NCBI RefSeq assembly: GCF_009914755.1
Contig: NC_060926.1
Reading direction: 5' to 3' (one strand)
DNA from: the human T2T-CHM13v2.0 reference genome, Homo sapiens
DNA: 64,000 nt
Every line of letters begins with the position of its first letter. The first letter of the stretch is position 1. Below, piece after piece: positions 26,601 through 41,914 of the stretch. A program made the position numbers and the translations under genes. Below the pieces are notes generated by a model that worked only from the letters and a program-made list of their open reading frames with translations, had not been told where the DNA came from and did no database searches.

Positions 26601-27700
26601 TACATGGTTTCCCTTGGTTTGGTTCTTTGAAAATATTTATAGTGGCTGCTTTGAAATCGTTGTTAAATACAGTATCGGGAGTACCATACTCAGTTTCTAT
26701 TAACGGCTTTCTCCCCCCAATATGGATTTTACTTCCCTGTTTCTTTGCATGCCTCATAATTTTCTGTGGAAAACTGTACAGGACCCTGATATTTCCCCCC
26801 AGGAAATGGTTGTTTTTTCTGGGTGTGTGTTTGTTCCTTTGTTTAGTAGCTTGTCTGGGTTTATTCTGTGAAATCTTTTTCCCTTGTGGAGTATTAGCAC
26901 TGATGTCTCTCCTTTTGTTTTTTGTTTGTTTGTTTTAGTTTTAAACCTGACTTTCTAGGAACTCCCCATCATCTGCAGAACTTAATAATCTACCATCAAT
27001 TGGCAGAGATTATTTTTAAACACCTTGATTCAGTAAGGCTTCTGTCATCTGCCAGTTGATCTATGTGTAAGCAGAGGAACACTTTCAGGCCAATTCCACA
27101 TCTGGCCCAGGTTTTACTTTCCACAGGACCCTTTTAGTCTCCTATGTGCACATATGAGTACATTTTCAGGAGTGTGAATAACTTGGAACTACTACTTCTT
27201 CTCTATGCATATCAACAGGCTTTATCAAGAATGTGATTGCCCCTACCAGGACTACAACCTTAGACACGTAGAGTCAAGCCATTGGCCCCCTTCCTCTGGC
27301 CAGCCTTTGGGAAATCACTTCCACCAACAATGCCATTTGGTATGGGCATCATCCATCACCCCAAATCAAGTGAGCCCTTTTTGGAGACAGCAGAGAATCG
27401 CTGCCATTTCTCACATCCTGCCCATCCAGCAGAGCCTCCCTATAGAACAAGGGCAGGGGATATGGTGGGAGTAGCCTTAGGCCAGACACCACACATTCCT
27501 AACGTTCTCATCTGAAGTTTAGCAATATTTCATATATAAATGCTTCTTAGACTGTCATGTGTCATTGTTCAATTTCCAGAGTACTGAAATGGTTATTTTG
27601 ATAAATTAGTCCAGATTTATAATCTTTGGGAAGAGGATTTGCTTTGCTTGTTATCTTGTTCTGGTCATTGCCAGAAACCTTGACCTTTTATCTGGAACTT
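23700..27700 (-). mobile_element. Old L1M (ORF2 5' part, ORF1, 5' region), interrupted by an Alu and a ~970-bp segment
   Basis: Degenerate T-rich L1M motifs (TAAGCACTGCTTTAGCTGCATC; CATTGTTTCTGATGAGAAGTTAGC; GGGACTCCCATTACATGTAT). Confidence 0.65.
24100..24432 (-). mobile_element. Alu (S/J) with (CTTT)n tail
   Basis: Dimeric Alu sequence. Confidence 0.93.
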
Positions 27701-27819
27701 CTGTTTATCTCTGTTTTTCTTGTCCTGCTCAATTTTGATTTCACTCCCATTAGTTTCTATTCATTGTGGGGAACTGTCCTGGAAGGCAGCCCTGGTGGCC
27801 CAGTTTTAAGAATTCATGG

Positions 27820-27944
27820 TTGCAGCACACCAACATGGCACATGTATACATATGTAACAAACCTGCACATAGTGCACATGTACCCTAAAACTTAAAGTAT
27901 AATAATAATAAATTTAAAAAAAGAAAGAAATAAAGAAAAAAAAC
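27820..27944 (+). mobile_element. 5'-truncated L1PA 3' end
   Basis: GCAGCACACCAACATGGCACATGTATACATATGTAACAAACCTGCAC plus A-rich tail; 11-bp TSD AGAATTCATGG. Confidence 0.92.
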
Positions 27945-28923
27945 AGAATTCATGGGGTCTAGATAGCTTCAGCCTCTTCATTCCTTCTTATTGAACTCCT
28001 TGTTCTCACTCACTATGGGATTGAACATCTGCTTTTCTTAAAACGCCTAACTGCTTTCCATGAATACCTAATGTTTACTGTGATTCTTAGGACCGTCAGT
28101 TGGTCTATTTTTTCCTTCTGTCTCCTACCTACAGAGATGCCAAACTCTTGCAGGTTTTGTGGTCACTTATGGCCTGTTTGATGTTTGGGTTTTCTGGGAA
28201 TATGTCACTTAGATTTCTTGTAAATGTCGTCCACGGAATTTTGATTTTTCTTTTTAGTTGCGCTATTTTTATGTAGAAATTCAAAAATATTCAAAAAGCA
28301 TGCCAATACAACTCCATTGCCATCATTTTCTTGTAATCCTGAGGGTTTTTTTAATGTTGTTAATAAAGTTTTCTAGTTTTTCTCTTAAAGGTTTTCAATG
28401 TTTCTGACTAGTTTTATTCCTAAATGATAGTGTTTATTAGAATTAAAAGATAACAAATATTTTTCTCATTACGTTTTCTGATAGAACACTATTGACTTGT
28501 GTATGTTGCTCTTGAATCTGGAATTCATACTGACCTCTTTTTAGTTTAAAAATTGTAAGTTCATTTTGTATATTCTAGAAATAGAGTTATGAAATATATG
28601 TAGATAATGACAATTTTTCATCTCTTATAATTTTTACCTCATATTTTTCCACATCAGTACCAATAAAGATAATTCTTTCTTAATATTTATCTATTACTTA
28701 TATCATTCTAATTTATATAAACTCTTCTTTTTTGACATCTAGATGTTTCCAAATTTTTGCTATAACCAACAAACTTTTGCATTTATATGAGTCTTTTCAT
28801 AGATTGAATTCATAAAATAGAATTACTGAGGTAAATAATATACCTATTTAACATTGTCCTTCTATTTCTTTACTTTCAAAAGTGTTTATTTACTTTCTTA
28901 ATAAACTTGCTTTTTTAAAATTA

Positions 28924-29280
<357 letters not shown>

Positions 29281-29299
29281 CTAATCAAATTTATTTCAC

Positions 29300-29900
29300 A
29301 CCATACATCTATTCTTTCCCCAAATCTCTTTACTCTTAATTTGTAATGTTTCCAGAATCCAATCACTTCTCACAATTGTCACTAATTTGATCTGGCAAGA
29401 CACTATCATTTTGGGGGAGCCTGGATTATTGCAATGACAATATAGTTAATCTCTCTCTCTCTACTCTAGTGGAAAATTCTATTCTTAGAATGGGGAGGTG
29501 GGAGGGATAGCTTTAGGAGATATACCTAATGCTAAATGACGAGTTAATGGGTGCAGCACACCAGCATGGCACATGTATACATATGTAACTAACCTGCACA
29601 TTGTGCACATGTACCCTAAAACTTAAAGTATAATAATAATAAAAAAAAACATTCTCAGTTTATTAATACATTTAACCTACTAGCCAGTGTGAGCATATGA
29701 AAATATGTCAGATATTATCTGTATTTTGCTCAAAGTCCTCCCCTAGTGTTAACCTGATACACAATATAAGTGAAAATTCTTACAGTGACCCGTAGGGCCT
29801 TTTACAATCTGCTCCCTTTGATATCTCTACCTTATCACCTATTATTATTATTATTCTCCAGCAGATGTCTTTCAAAATTATGTTGTCCTTCCTCTTGAAC
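29300..29900 (+). mobile_element. L2 remnant (hosts young L1 fragment)
   Basis: TCCAGAATCCAATCACTTCTCAC..CTGGATTATTGCAAT..GCTCAAAGTCCTC L2-like motifs. Confidence 0.6.
29491..29649 (+). mobile_element. 5'-truncated L1PA2/3 3' end
   Basis: AGGAGATATACCTAATGCTAAATGACGAGTTAATGGGTGCAGCACACCAGCATGGC..GTAACTAACCTGCAC plus polyA. Confidence 0.9.
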
Positions 29901-30280
29901 ACTATTTTCTTCTTTTGTGTCAACAAATATTTTTCTTATAAACCTTTTTATTTTTTTTTTTTGAGAGCAACATGTTTTTCACACCTCTGACCTCAAATCT
30001 CACCTGGTTTATGTTCTCATCTATCATTATAATCATTTTGAGTTTCACGGAACCTTGCCCTCCCGACCTCCCTTGCAAAGGAATCATAACTAGCAGACAC
30101 ATCATAGGAGAAAGAGCAGAGCATTCTAGTGCAATCTTTTGAGTGTGTCTGCCTTTCACACTCACAAGGGAAAGGCACCATTTTAATTGGATGTTCAGTA
30201 GGTTCAAGGTTATGAACACTGTTGGAGGTTCAGTTGCTCACTCTTAAAAGTATTAGGCATACCACTCTGGGCGATATTAC

Positions 30281-30867
30281 TGTGTCCGCAATTCATTCCT
30301 TCCCATGGGTTCTTGGTCTCACTTAGTTCAACAATTAAGCCACGGACCCTCACAGTGAGCATTACAGCTCTTAAAGATGGTGTGTCCAGAAGTGTGTTCC
30401 TTCATATGTCCAGATGTGTCCTGAGTTCTTTCCTTCCAGTGAGTTCACTGTCTTGCTGACTTCAGGAGTGAAGCTGTGGACCTTCCCAGTGAGTGTTACA
30501 GCTCTTAAAGGTTGTGCAGACCCAAAGAGTCAGCAGCAGCAAGATTTATTGTGAAGAATGAATCAACAAAGCTTCCGCAGCATGCAGGGAGACCTGACCA
30601 GGTTGCCGCAGCTGGCTCAGGTGGCCAGCTTTTATTCCCTTATTTGACCCTGCCCACATCCTGCTGATTGGTCCATTTTACAGAGTGCTGATTGGTCCAT
30701 TTTACAGTGTGCTGATTGGTGTGTTTTTACAGAGTGCTGATTGATGCATTTACAATCCTTTAGCTAGACACAGAGTGCTGATTGGTGCATTTACAATCCT
30801 CTAGCTAGACAGAAAAGTTCTCCAAGTCCCCACTGGACCCAGGAAGTCCAGCTGGCTTCACCTCTCA
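30281..30867 (-). mobile_element. LTR12-family (ERV9) solo LTR
   Basis: Minus strand starts TGAGAGGTGAAGCCAGCTGGACTTCCTGGGTC; tandem GCTGATTGG (CCAAT) units at 30660-30790; GTTACAGCTCTTAAAG repeats. Confidence 0.9.
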
Positions 30868-31392
30868 TTGCCACCTTCTCCTCAGCCTCATTCCACTTCT
30901 ATCTCATTACTGCCATAAGACTTCTGTTTACCCCAGATGCTGGTCTCTACAGAGCTCTGTTGCATTGCAGTCTTTACATTTTGTCATTTTAGGGCAGACA
31001 GATGGATTCCCAGTGGCATGTTTCCTATTGGTCTCATGGTTTTTCTTTTCCTCTAAGTTAGGAGAAATGACCATGGGGTTGGGAGTGTCCTTTATTCTCA
31101 AAAGGCAGTGCTGTTTTCTTTGTAAATGCAAATGGCAAGCTTCATTGAGTATATGTCTTTAATTTAGAGCTCTATTAAAATATTTTTCAGTGTTTGTGTC
31201 ATCTGGCATTCTTCTTTTAGCTTTAAATACCAATGCAACTTTTCCTTATTTTCACATTTTCCTTGGTCAATTTAGTCTGGATTGGGAAGAAGAGAGGCAG
31301 ACACCATTTATATATTTTTTTGTCCCTTCAGACTATTTTTCTTTACAATATATGCTAATGCTCAATACATATTAATTTCTATTATTATCCAG

Positions 31393-32099
31393 TGGAGGTG
31401 CAAGTGAGCACTCAAAGTATGATACTTAAAGGTGGCCATTTAAACATTTCATTACATCCAATGAGAAGGCAGACGAATAACACAGTATTCTTATCATTTT
31501 TCATGAGATGAATGAGTAATTGATCTGTGAAAAGTTTATATTAGAAAACTTGAGAATCCTCAAGAATTGCAGCTATGAAATTAGCACTTCATGACATCAT
31601 TCCTGGAGCATAAGAGACTTTTTCTAAGATGGTGCTTCCCCAACCTTACCATCAAATACCTGTCCCAAAGAGTCAAAACTTCCTTCTCAAAGTGGATAAT
31701 TCAGTGAGCAGCTATCCATAAAAGCTAGTTATGGTTGGGCGCGGTGGCTCACGCCTGTAATCCCAGCACTTTGGGAGGCAGAGACGGGCAGATCATGAGG
31801 TCAGGAGATCAAGACCATCCTGGCTAACACGGTGAAATCCCGTCTCTACTAAAAATACAAAAGAAAATTAGCTGGGCGTGATGGCGGGTGCCTGTAGTCC
31901 CAGCTACTGGGGAGGCTGAGGCGTTAACCCAGGAGGCAGAGCTTGCAGTGAGCCGAGATCATGCCACTGCACTACCGCCTGGGCGACAGAACGAGACTCT
32001 GTCTCAAAAAAAAAAAAAAAAGCTAGCTATAAGCAAAATTCTAGTGAACAGCATTGGTGCAATGTAGTATGAAGAGATCTTATATGAGAATTTAAACAA
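31393..32099 (+). pseudogene. Fossil exon of putative multi-RGS gene, interrupted by AluY
   Basis: Acceptor TTTCTATTATTATCCAG|; reads RWPFKHFITSNEKADE*HSILIIFHEMNE* ..IRDFF*DGASP.., then across the Alu [11 protein letters not shown]; frameshifts required. Confidence 0.45.
31733..32021 (+). mobile_element. AluY-like with small internal deletion
   Basis: GAGATCAAGACCATCCTGGCTAACACGG and GAGCTTGCAGTG diagnostics; TSD AAAGCTAG(T/C)TAT. Confidence 0.93.
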
Positions 32100-32102
32100 G
32101 TA

Positions 32103-32433
<331 letters not shown>

Positions 32434-32787
32434 TTACTATGAAAAGTTTTAGTAATTTTGTATAAGATTAGATAAGCACAACAGTGTACATTTAATCACA
32501 GTAGAGAAGTGGAATGAAATGCACTTTATCAATAATCTTCAAACTGGGGTAGGATACCTTCAAGGGATATGAAAACTTTCTATGGGGTACAGAAATAGGA
32601 ATCATTTCAAAGGAATCAATGCCTATATTCTCCATTTTCTACTCTGTCCAAAAATTGAGTGGGAACTCACATGACTTCATAACATCCGTTCTCTCACTTT
32701 ATGAAATGAAAGCACATACATCTCAAATGGTATGCACTCTGGGCTCCATAAATCAAGGGGAAGCCTTTTTTTGATTGATTAATCAAG

Positions 32788-32843
32788 TTACCACAACCTA
32801 TGGGGAATTTCTCTGTTTTCTGTATGTTATGGATGAAAAATTG
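32788..32843 (+). pseudogene. Candidate fossil exon
   Basis: AAG| acceptor after a T-run, donor TTG|GTAAGG; stop-free TTTYGEFLCFLYVMDEKL (cf. RGS C-terminal DSYPRFL). Confidence 0.35.
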
Positions 32844-33044
32844 GTAAGGATGCCAAACTTTGGCCCATGTTAGGATGTTTTTAATTTAGATATATGGTAG
32901 AATGGGGTGGTGGGACTAATAATGATTTTCATTTAAGGACTGTGCCTCCTCCATGCCCTCAGATATTGTTAATGAATATGTGCACTTAAGGAAAGTACAC
33001 TAAGAGCAAAGGAAGGAAAGCATTAATAAGAAATATTGAATGCT

Positions 33045-33407
<363 letters not shown>

Positions 33408-33583
33408 CTATTCCCTGGGCATGTCATTAGCTAGAAAGCAAAGCTTCTTGGAAAAACCAAAGCAGTAAAGTTTACTGGTACCGACTTTTTAAAATGTAAC
33501 TGAAATATCTGTTGGTGCAACCAGATTTTTCAAAACACAATAGATGAAACTCACTAATAAGATTTTCACCTAATTTCTTTCAG

Positions 33584-33603
33584 ATTAGGTGGTATTAAGC
33601 AAA
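33584..33603 (+). pseudogene. Candidate 20-nt exon
   Basis: TTTTCACCTAATTTCTTTCAG| acceptor with branch-like CTAAT; donor AAA|GTATGT. Confidence 0.3.
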
Positions 33604-34009
33604 GTATGTAAATCCTGTTTTATTAAGTAAATATAATGAATTATTTATTCCAATTATAATCAATCCTAATCATAAAATGTTTCAAAAATTCCCACCTCCT
33701 TTTAAAAAATAAAAGGACAACTCTTATACCATTTAATTTATCCCAGTATATACCTTTCTTCATTAAATGAAGAAGAAAAATGTGATCATGGTTCATCTCA
33801 TTATGGTGTTTTACCAGTACATTTTGTTGGTTTAATTATTATCAAAATTTAAAATATCTTTCTGTCATTTGATCAATTGTATACTAGTAATTATTATAAT
33901 GATAGCCCAATCCAGAAGATTTTTAATTAGAGCTTTATGATCATGAGTTAAAGATGAAAATAAAAAGTTTAAAATCCCAGCTTATGCACAGTTTTTTATT
34001 GTAAGCTCA

Positions 34010-34095
34010 TTCTACATGTATTCACTGAGCACCTCCTTTGTGCTAGATACTTTATGAGTTTCTTGGCTATGTCAGTGAATAAAAGATGTGCACGT

Positions 34096-34139
<44 letters not shown>

Positions 34140-35840
34140 GGTCTCCTGAAATTTACATTATGGGGTGTAAGTAAGCAAAGTGTGATATGTGCTTTGGAAA
34201 AATGAGTAAGTAAAGCAGAGTTAGAGGTTAGGAAGTAGGGGCTTGTAAAAGAAGTGATATAGGGGATTGCAATTTTAAATAGGGTGGTAGGGAGAGATTG
34301 TGCTGAGAGGGTGATATTTGAGGAAAATTTGAAGAATGCAGGGATGTTCCATGTGGCTGTCTGGGGTTCCAGACAGCAGGAACTGTAACACAAAGACTCT
34401 AAAATGGGAGAGAGAAGAGCAGTAAAAGGAAGATATCTGGCATTGTGAGGAATAGCTAGAAGACCACTGTGGGTGGAATAAATTCAGGAAGCACAGCAGG
34501 AATAGTCAGGGAAGTGTGGTGTCGGGAGGGGACCAGAACATGTAAGTCCTTGTAGAGGACTTTGTCTTTTATTATGACTAAAGTGGATGGCCATTAGAGG
34601 AATACAGAGGCATGATATTATTACTCAACTTCTGTATAGGGAATAGATTCCAGGGGGCTAGAAGTATAACAGAAAGTGTTGTTAGGGGCATTTAGGATAT
34701 CGTGGTGGCTCATACTGAAGCCACATAAGAGGAAATGTTAAGAAATGTTGGATTCAGGATATATATTTAAGGTAGATCCAGAAAGATATTGTGATATATT
34801 GGATGTGCTATTGTGAGAGTAGGAGAGGACTCAGGAATATCTGTAAGGTTTTGGTTCTAAGCAACTAGAAAAAATGGAGTTGCTATCAACTGAGATGGCA
34901 AAGGCTGCAGTGGAGCAGCTTTGGAAGGAAAGATTAGGAATTTGATTATGGATATGTTGAGTTTGAGATGTCTATTAAAATCCAAAGGGAGCTGTTAAAT
35001 AGACATTTGGATAATCAAGTCTGGGGTTTAGGAGAAATGTATAAGCTGGCAATTTAAATTTGGGAGCCTTCGTCATAGAAACAGCATTTAAAGCCATGAG
35101 ACTGGAAGAGATTATGGACAAACTGAGTAGATAGAGAAGAGAAATGGATCAAAGACCAACTCTTAGGATACACCAACATTAAGAGGATGGGGAGAAGGCA
35201 AAAAGGCCTGAGACATAATGACCAGTAGGGTCCTAGGATAACCAAGAGAAAAAAAAAAAGCAAAATAAGTGAATAAAATGTTTCATGGATGAGGGAGTAA
35301 CTTAAAAAGTTGCTGTTGCAAAAAAGAGCAAAGGATTTTGCTGTTGCAAAAAAAGAGCAAGGATAGCTGGTGCAGGAAGTAAAGGCCAAAAATACATTTA
35401 TTCTGAAGATGGTAGAAATAAACACCATGCTCATGTGTTGACAGAAGTGATCTTCACTCTTTGTAAGAAATAAAACAAAACAAAAATGACAAGATAGGAA
35501 AGACAAGGGAGTATTTCTGGATCTATATTCTTGAGTGGGTGAGATGGGATAGGATCTACTACACAAGTGGATAATTTTACTTTAGATCAGAGCACGAATA
35601 GTTTATCCATGGTAACAGGCAGGAAAGGAGAATGGGTGCAGAAAACAATTTGTGGAATTTATCCTTTAATTGTGTCAATTTTCTTACAGGAGTAGGAAGT
35701 AAGTTTGTCTACTTTGAATGAGGATGCAGAGGAGGTGCTATGACTTGAGAGATACAGTGGGATAATAGTCATCAATGGGAGCAGAAGAGAGAGTGGATTA
35801 AGGATGTACTGTATGATTGCTGAGCAACATTCAGGGTAAA
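34010..35840 (-). mobile_element. L2
   Basis: GAGCACCTCCTTTGTGCTAGATAC..GTTGAGTTTGAGATGTCTATT..CATTTAAAGCCATGAGACTGGA L2 motifs. Confidence 0.8.
34098..34137. repeat. (CA)n microsatellite
   Basis: About 20 AC units. Confidence 0.97.
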
Positions 35841-36368
35841 ATTAATCATGAATTTGAAAATACTTAACACTCAGAGCTTTATAGTCATAAAGAAAAAATA
35901 AAATGTAAAATTCCACTTAAAATGCATGTTTTTGTTCTAGATTCATCTAACAAATATTTGAAGATTAGTCATAAATTCAAAGTCACTGTGGTTGTATAGA
36001 AAATATGGTGGGTGATATATCAGTCCTCTATTGTCACAGAGGGGCTGCATAACAAAAATATCACAAAATCTCTGCATAAAACAATACATATTTTCATTTT
36101 ATCTTATTGAATATTGAGAAACTATAATCGTATATATTTCTGGAGTGCAAAGTAATGCTATGATAGATGTATATAATGTGGAATTATTAAATCAAGCTAG
36201 TTAATATATCACCTCAAATACTTAACATACAATGTTATGTACCCTTTGACCAACATCTCAGTTTATTTGTTTTCTTGCTATTGAGTCATTTGAGTATCTT
36301 ATATATTTGGGATATGTGGCTATATATATATTTTTGATATTAACCCCTTCCCAGGTTATGGTTTGTAA

Positions 36369-36737
<369 letters not shown>

Positions 36738-37499
36738 TAGGTTGCCTCTTCACTCTGCTAATTGTTTTCTTTGCTGTGCAGAAGCTTTTTACATGATGTA
36801 ATTTTTTCTGTCTGTTTTTGTTTTTGTTGCCTGAGATTTTGGGGTCAAATGCAAAAAAATTATTGCCCAGATGAATGTCATGTCATTTTTCCCATATGTT
36901 TTCTTCTAGTGGTTTTGCAGTTTCAGGTTGTATGATTACATCTTTAATCCATTTTGAAGTTTTTAAAATACAGTGTGAGATAAGGGTCTAATTTCATTTT
37001 TCTGTATATGGATATCCAGTTTCTCTGACATCATTTATTGAAGACACTCTCCTTTTCCCATTATGTATTCTTGGCACCTTTGTTGAAAATCAATTGACTG
37101 TAAATATGTGGTTTTGTTTCTGGGCTTGCTATTCTTTTCCATTGGTCTGTGTATCCATTTTTATGCCAGTACCATGCTGTTTTGATTACTATATCTTTGC
37201 AATAGTATTTGGAGACAGGTAGTACAAAGTCTCTAGATTTGTTCTTTTTGCTCAAGATTGCCTTGACTATTCATAGTCTTTTTTGGTTCTATATGAATTT
37301 TAGCATTGTTTTTCCTATTTTTTTTTTGAAAACTCACATTGGAATTTCAATAGGGATTACGTTTAATCTGTAGATCACTTTGGGTAGTATGAACATTGTA
37401 ATAATGTTAATTCTTCCAATCCATGAACATGGAATATATTTTCATTTTTTTATGTCTTCAATTTTTCTCATCAAAGTTTCATAGTTTTCAGTATACAGA

Positions 37500-37675
37500 T
37501 TTTTCTTTTGAGACAGGATCTGGCTTTATTGCTGGAGTGCAGTGGCACAATCTCAGCTCACTGCAGCCTCTGCTTCCCAGGCTGAAGCCATCCTCCCACA
37601 TCAGCCTCCCAAGTAGCTGGGACCACAGTCACACACCACCACACCTGACTAATTTCTGTATTTTTTGTACAGACA
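37500..37675 (-). mobile_element. Truncated AluJ/FRAM-like monomer
   Basis: Right-arm Alu sequence only; ATACAGAT on both flanks. Confidence 0.8.
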
Positions 37676-38770
37676 GTGTTTTGCATACAGATATTTTACC
37701 TCCTTGGTTAAATGTATTTCTAAGTATTTTTTTCTTTTTGATGCTTTTTTAATGAAATTGTTTTCTTGATTTATTTTTCAAATAGTTTGTTGTTAGTGTA
37801 TAGAAATGCTACTGATTTTTATGTGTTGATTTTATATCCTACAACTTTATTTGTTTATTAGTTCAAACAGTTTTTTGATGGAGCTATTAGGGTTTTCTGA
37901 ATATAAGAGCATGTTATCAGCAGTGACAGTTTCACCTCTGCCTTTGCTGTTTCAAAGCCTTTTATATTTATCTTGCCTAATTACTCTGGTAAGAACTTTC
38001 AGTACAATATTGAATAGAAATGATGGGAATGGGCATCATTGTCTTGTTCCTGATCTTAAAGGAAAAGCTTTCAACTTTTTACCATTGAATATGATGTTAT
38101 CTCTGGGCTTGTCATATATGGCCTTTATTGTGTTGATTTCTAAATTTCTAAACCTAATGTGTTGAGAGTGTTTATCATAAAATCATGTTTAATTTTCTTA
38201 AATGCTTTTTCTGCATCTAGTGAGATAAATATATCATTTTTGTCCTTTATTCTGTCAATGTGATGTGTTACATTTGTAGATTTATGTATCTTGAACCATC
38301 TTGCCTCCTACAGGTAAATCCTACTTGAATATATTGAGTGATCCTCTTAATGTGCTATTAAATTTGGTTTGCTGTTATTTTGTTGAGGATTTTTGTATTT
38401 ATATTTATCAGGGTTATATACTGGCCCATAATTTTCTTTGCTTCTAGTATCCTTGTCTGACTTTGGCATCATTGTAATGCTGGGCTCAAAAAGAGTTTGA
38501 AAATAATCCATCTTCTTCAATTTTTTGGAAGACTTTAAGAAGGATATGTATTAGTTATTTTTACACTGTTTGGTAGAATTCATCCATGAAGCCATTGGGT
38601 ATTGGATGTTTCTTTGATCGGGGACTTTTTATTACTGATTCAATCTCTTTACTTAGTATTGGTCTGTTCAGATTTTCTTTCTTCATGATTCAGCCTTGGT
38701 AGGTTGTATGTGTCTAGGAATGTATTTCTTCTTGATTATCCAATTTATTGCTTATAATTGTTCATGGTAA

Positions 38771-39180
<410 letters not shown>

Positions 39181-39551
39181 TTCTCTTTATTTTTTAGTCT
39201 AGCTAAAGATTTATCTATTTTGTTTATCTTGTAAAAAAAACCAACTCTTGGTTTTATTGATTTTTTCTATTGTTTTTCTAATTTCTATTTCTTTTATTTC
39301 TGCTCTGATTTTATTTCCTTCCTTCTGCTAACTTTGGGTTTAGTTGTTCTTTTTCTAGTTCCTTAAGGCATAACGTTAGGTTGTTTATTTGAGATCGTCT
39401 TTTTTTATATAGGCACTTATTGCTATAAATGTCTCTCTTAGAACTGCTTTTCCTACATCCCATAAGTTTTGGTATGTCCTGCTTCCATTATCATTTGTTT
39501 CAAAAATTCTTTTTATTTCCCTTTTAGTTACTTTTTTGATCCATTGGTTGT

Positions 39552-41914
39552 TGTATTAGTTCATTGTCACATTGCTGTAAAAAATGCCTGAGATTGGATA
39601 ATTTACAAAGGAAAAGGGTTTAATTGACTCACAGTTCCACATGGCAGGGGAGACCTCAGGAAACTTACAATAATGGCAGAAGGGGAAGAGGCATGTCATA
39701 TATGGCAGCAGGTGAGAGCAAGTGAGTGTGTGAAGGAGGAACTCTCAGACACTTATAAAACCACCAGATCTCATGAAAATTCACTCACTATTACAAGAAT
39801 AGCATGGGGGACATTGCCACCATGATTCAGTCACCTCCCACCATGTCCCTCCCTCAACATGTGGGGATCATCAGGATTTTAATTCAAGATGACATTTGGG
39901 TGCAGATGCAAAGCCTAACCACATCATTCCACTCCTGGCCACTCCAAATCTCACTTCTTCACATTTCAAAACAAATCCTGCCTTTCCAACAGTCCTCAAA
40001 TGTCCTTTTTTTTTTTTGAGACAGAGTCTCACTCTGAAACCCAGACTGGAGTGTAGTGGCATGACCTCAGCTCACTGCAACTTCCACTTTTCGAGCTCAA
40101 GTGATTCTCTAGTCTCAGCCTCCCTAGTAGCTGGGGTACAGGCATTGGATAATTGCTCCCATTCCAAATGCGAGAAATTGGCCAAAACAAAGGGGCTACA
40201 GGCCCCCATGCAAGTCTGAAATCCAGCAGGGCAGTCATTACATCTTAGGGCTCCAAAATGATCTCCTTTGACTCCATGTCTCACATCCAGGATGTGCTGA
40301 TGCAATGGGTGGGCTCCCATGGGCTCAGGCACCTCCATTCTTGTGGCTTTGCAGGGTACAGCCCACCTCCCAGCTGCTTTCACAGGCTGGCATTGAGTGT
40401 CTGTAGCTTTTCCACATGCACATGCAAGCTGTCGGTTGATCTGTCATCCTGGGGTCTGGAGGATGGTGGCCCTCTTCTTACAGCTCCACTAGGCAGGGCC
40501 CCAGTGAGGACTCTCTGTGGGGGCTCCAAACCCACATTTCCCTTCTGCACTGCCTTAGCAGAGGTTCTCCGTGAAGTTTCCACCCCTGCAGCAAACTTCT
40601 GCCTGGACATCCAGGCATTTCCATACATCCTTTGAAATCTATATGGAGGTTCCCAAACCTCAATTCTTGGCTTCTGTGCACTCATGGGCCCAACACCACA
40701 TGTAAGCCACCAAGGTTTGGGGCTTATACCCTCTGAAACAACAGCCTCAGCTGTACATTGGCCCCTTTTAGCCATGGTTGGGATGCAGGGTGCCAAGTCC
40801 CGAGGCTGCACAGAGCAGCAGCAAAGCCCTGGGCTCAGCCCATGAAAACATTGTTTCCCTGTAGGCCTCTGGGCCTGTGATAGGAGAGGCTGCTGTGAAA
40901 GCCTCTGAGATTCCCTGGAGACATTTTCTCCATCATCTTGGCTATTAACACTTGGCTCCTCATTACTCATGCAAATTTCTGCAGCCAGCTTGAATTCTTT
41001 TCCGGAAAATGGGTTTTTCTTTTCTACTGCATGGTCAGGCTGCAAATTTTTCAAACTTTTACACTCTGCTTCCCTTTTATGTATAAGTTCCAGTTTCAAA
41101 CCATCTCTTTGTGAATGCATAAGACTTAACACTTTCAAAATCAACTAGATCACCTTTGTAATGCTTTGCTGCTTAGAAGTTTATTCCGCCAGATACCCTA
41201 AATCATCTCTCTCAATTTGAAAGTTCCACAGATCTCTAGGGCAAGGGCAAAATGCTGCCAGTCTCTTTGCAAAAGCATAGCAAGAGTGACCTTTGCTCCA
41301 GTTCCCAAGAAGTCCCTCATCTCCATCTGAGACCACCTTAGCCTGGACTTCATTGTCTACATCATCATCAGCATTTTGGTCAAAACCATTCAACAAGTCT
41401 CTAGGAAGTTCCAAACTTTCTCACATCTTTCTGTTTTCTTTGGAGCCCTCCAAACTGTTCCAACCTCTGCGTGTTACCCAGTTCCAAAGTCTCTTCCACA
41501 TTTCTAACTATCTCTATAGCAGCACCCCACTCCTAGTACCAATTAACTGTATTAGTTCATTTTCACACTGTTATAAAGAAATACCTGAGACTGGGTAATT
41601 TGTAAAGGGAAGAGGTTTAATTGACTCACAGTTCCACATGGCTGGGGAGGCCTCAGGAAACTTACAATCATGGCAGAAGGGGAAGAGGTATGTCTTACAT
41701 GGCAGCAGGTGACAGAGAGCCAAGGTGTGAAGGAGGAACTCTCAGACACTTATGAAACCATCTTGTGAGAACTCACTATCAAAAGAACAGCATGGGGGAC
41801 ACCAACCCCATGATCCAATCACTTCCCACCAGGTACCTCCCTCAACATGTGGGGATTACGGGGATTACAATTCAAGAGGAGATTTGGATGGGGACACAAA
41901 GCCTAATCATATCA
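39552..41914 (-). mobile_element. THE1D-like MaLR provirus (LTR 39552-39928, internal, LTR 41548-41914)
   Basis: Both LTRs begin TGTATTAGTTCATT on +; THE1-int ORF pieces (40380-41144, 254 aa); 5-bp TSD GTTGT. Confidence 0.92.
40006..40143 (-). mobile_element. Truncated Alu right arm inside THE1-int
   Basis: T-run plus Alu right arm fusing into THE1-int at GGGGTACAGGCA; no TSD. Confidence 0.85.

Noticed and set aside
29985-30280. Unique-looking stretch that might be another fossil exon (EKEQSILVQSFECVCL)
   Set aside because: Splice sites weak and no clear motif; cannot be supported without alignment.
30660-30810. Regularly spaced repeats resembling an array
   Set aside because: Normal LTR12 CCAAT tandem units; the window is eukaryotic and has no CRISPR features.
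35054-35566. 170-aa hydrophobic ORF
   Set aside because: Lies within L2; composition artefact.
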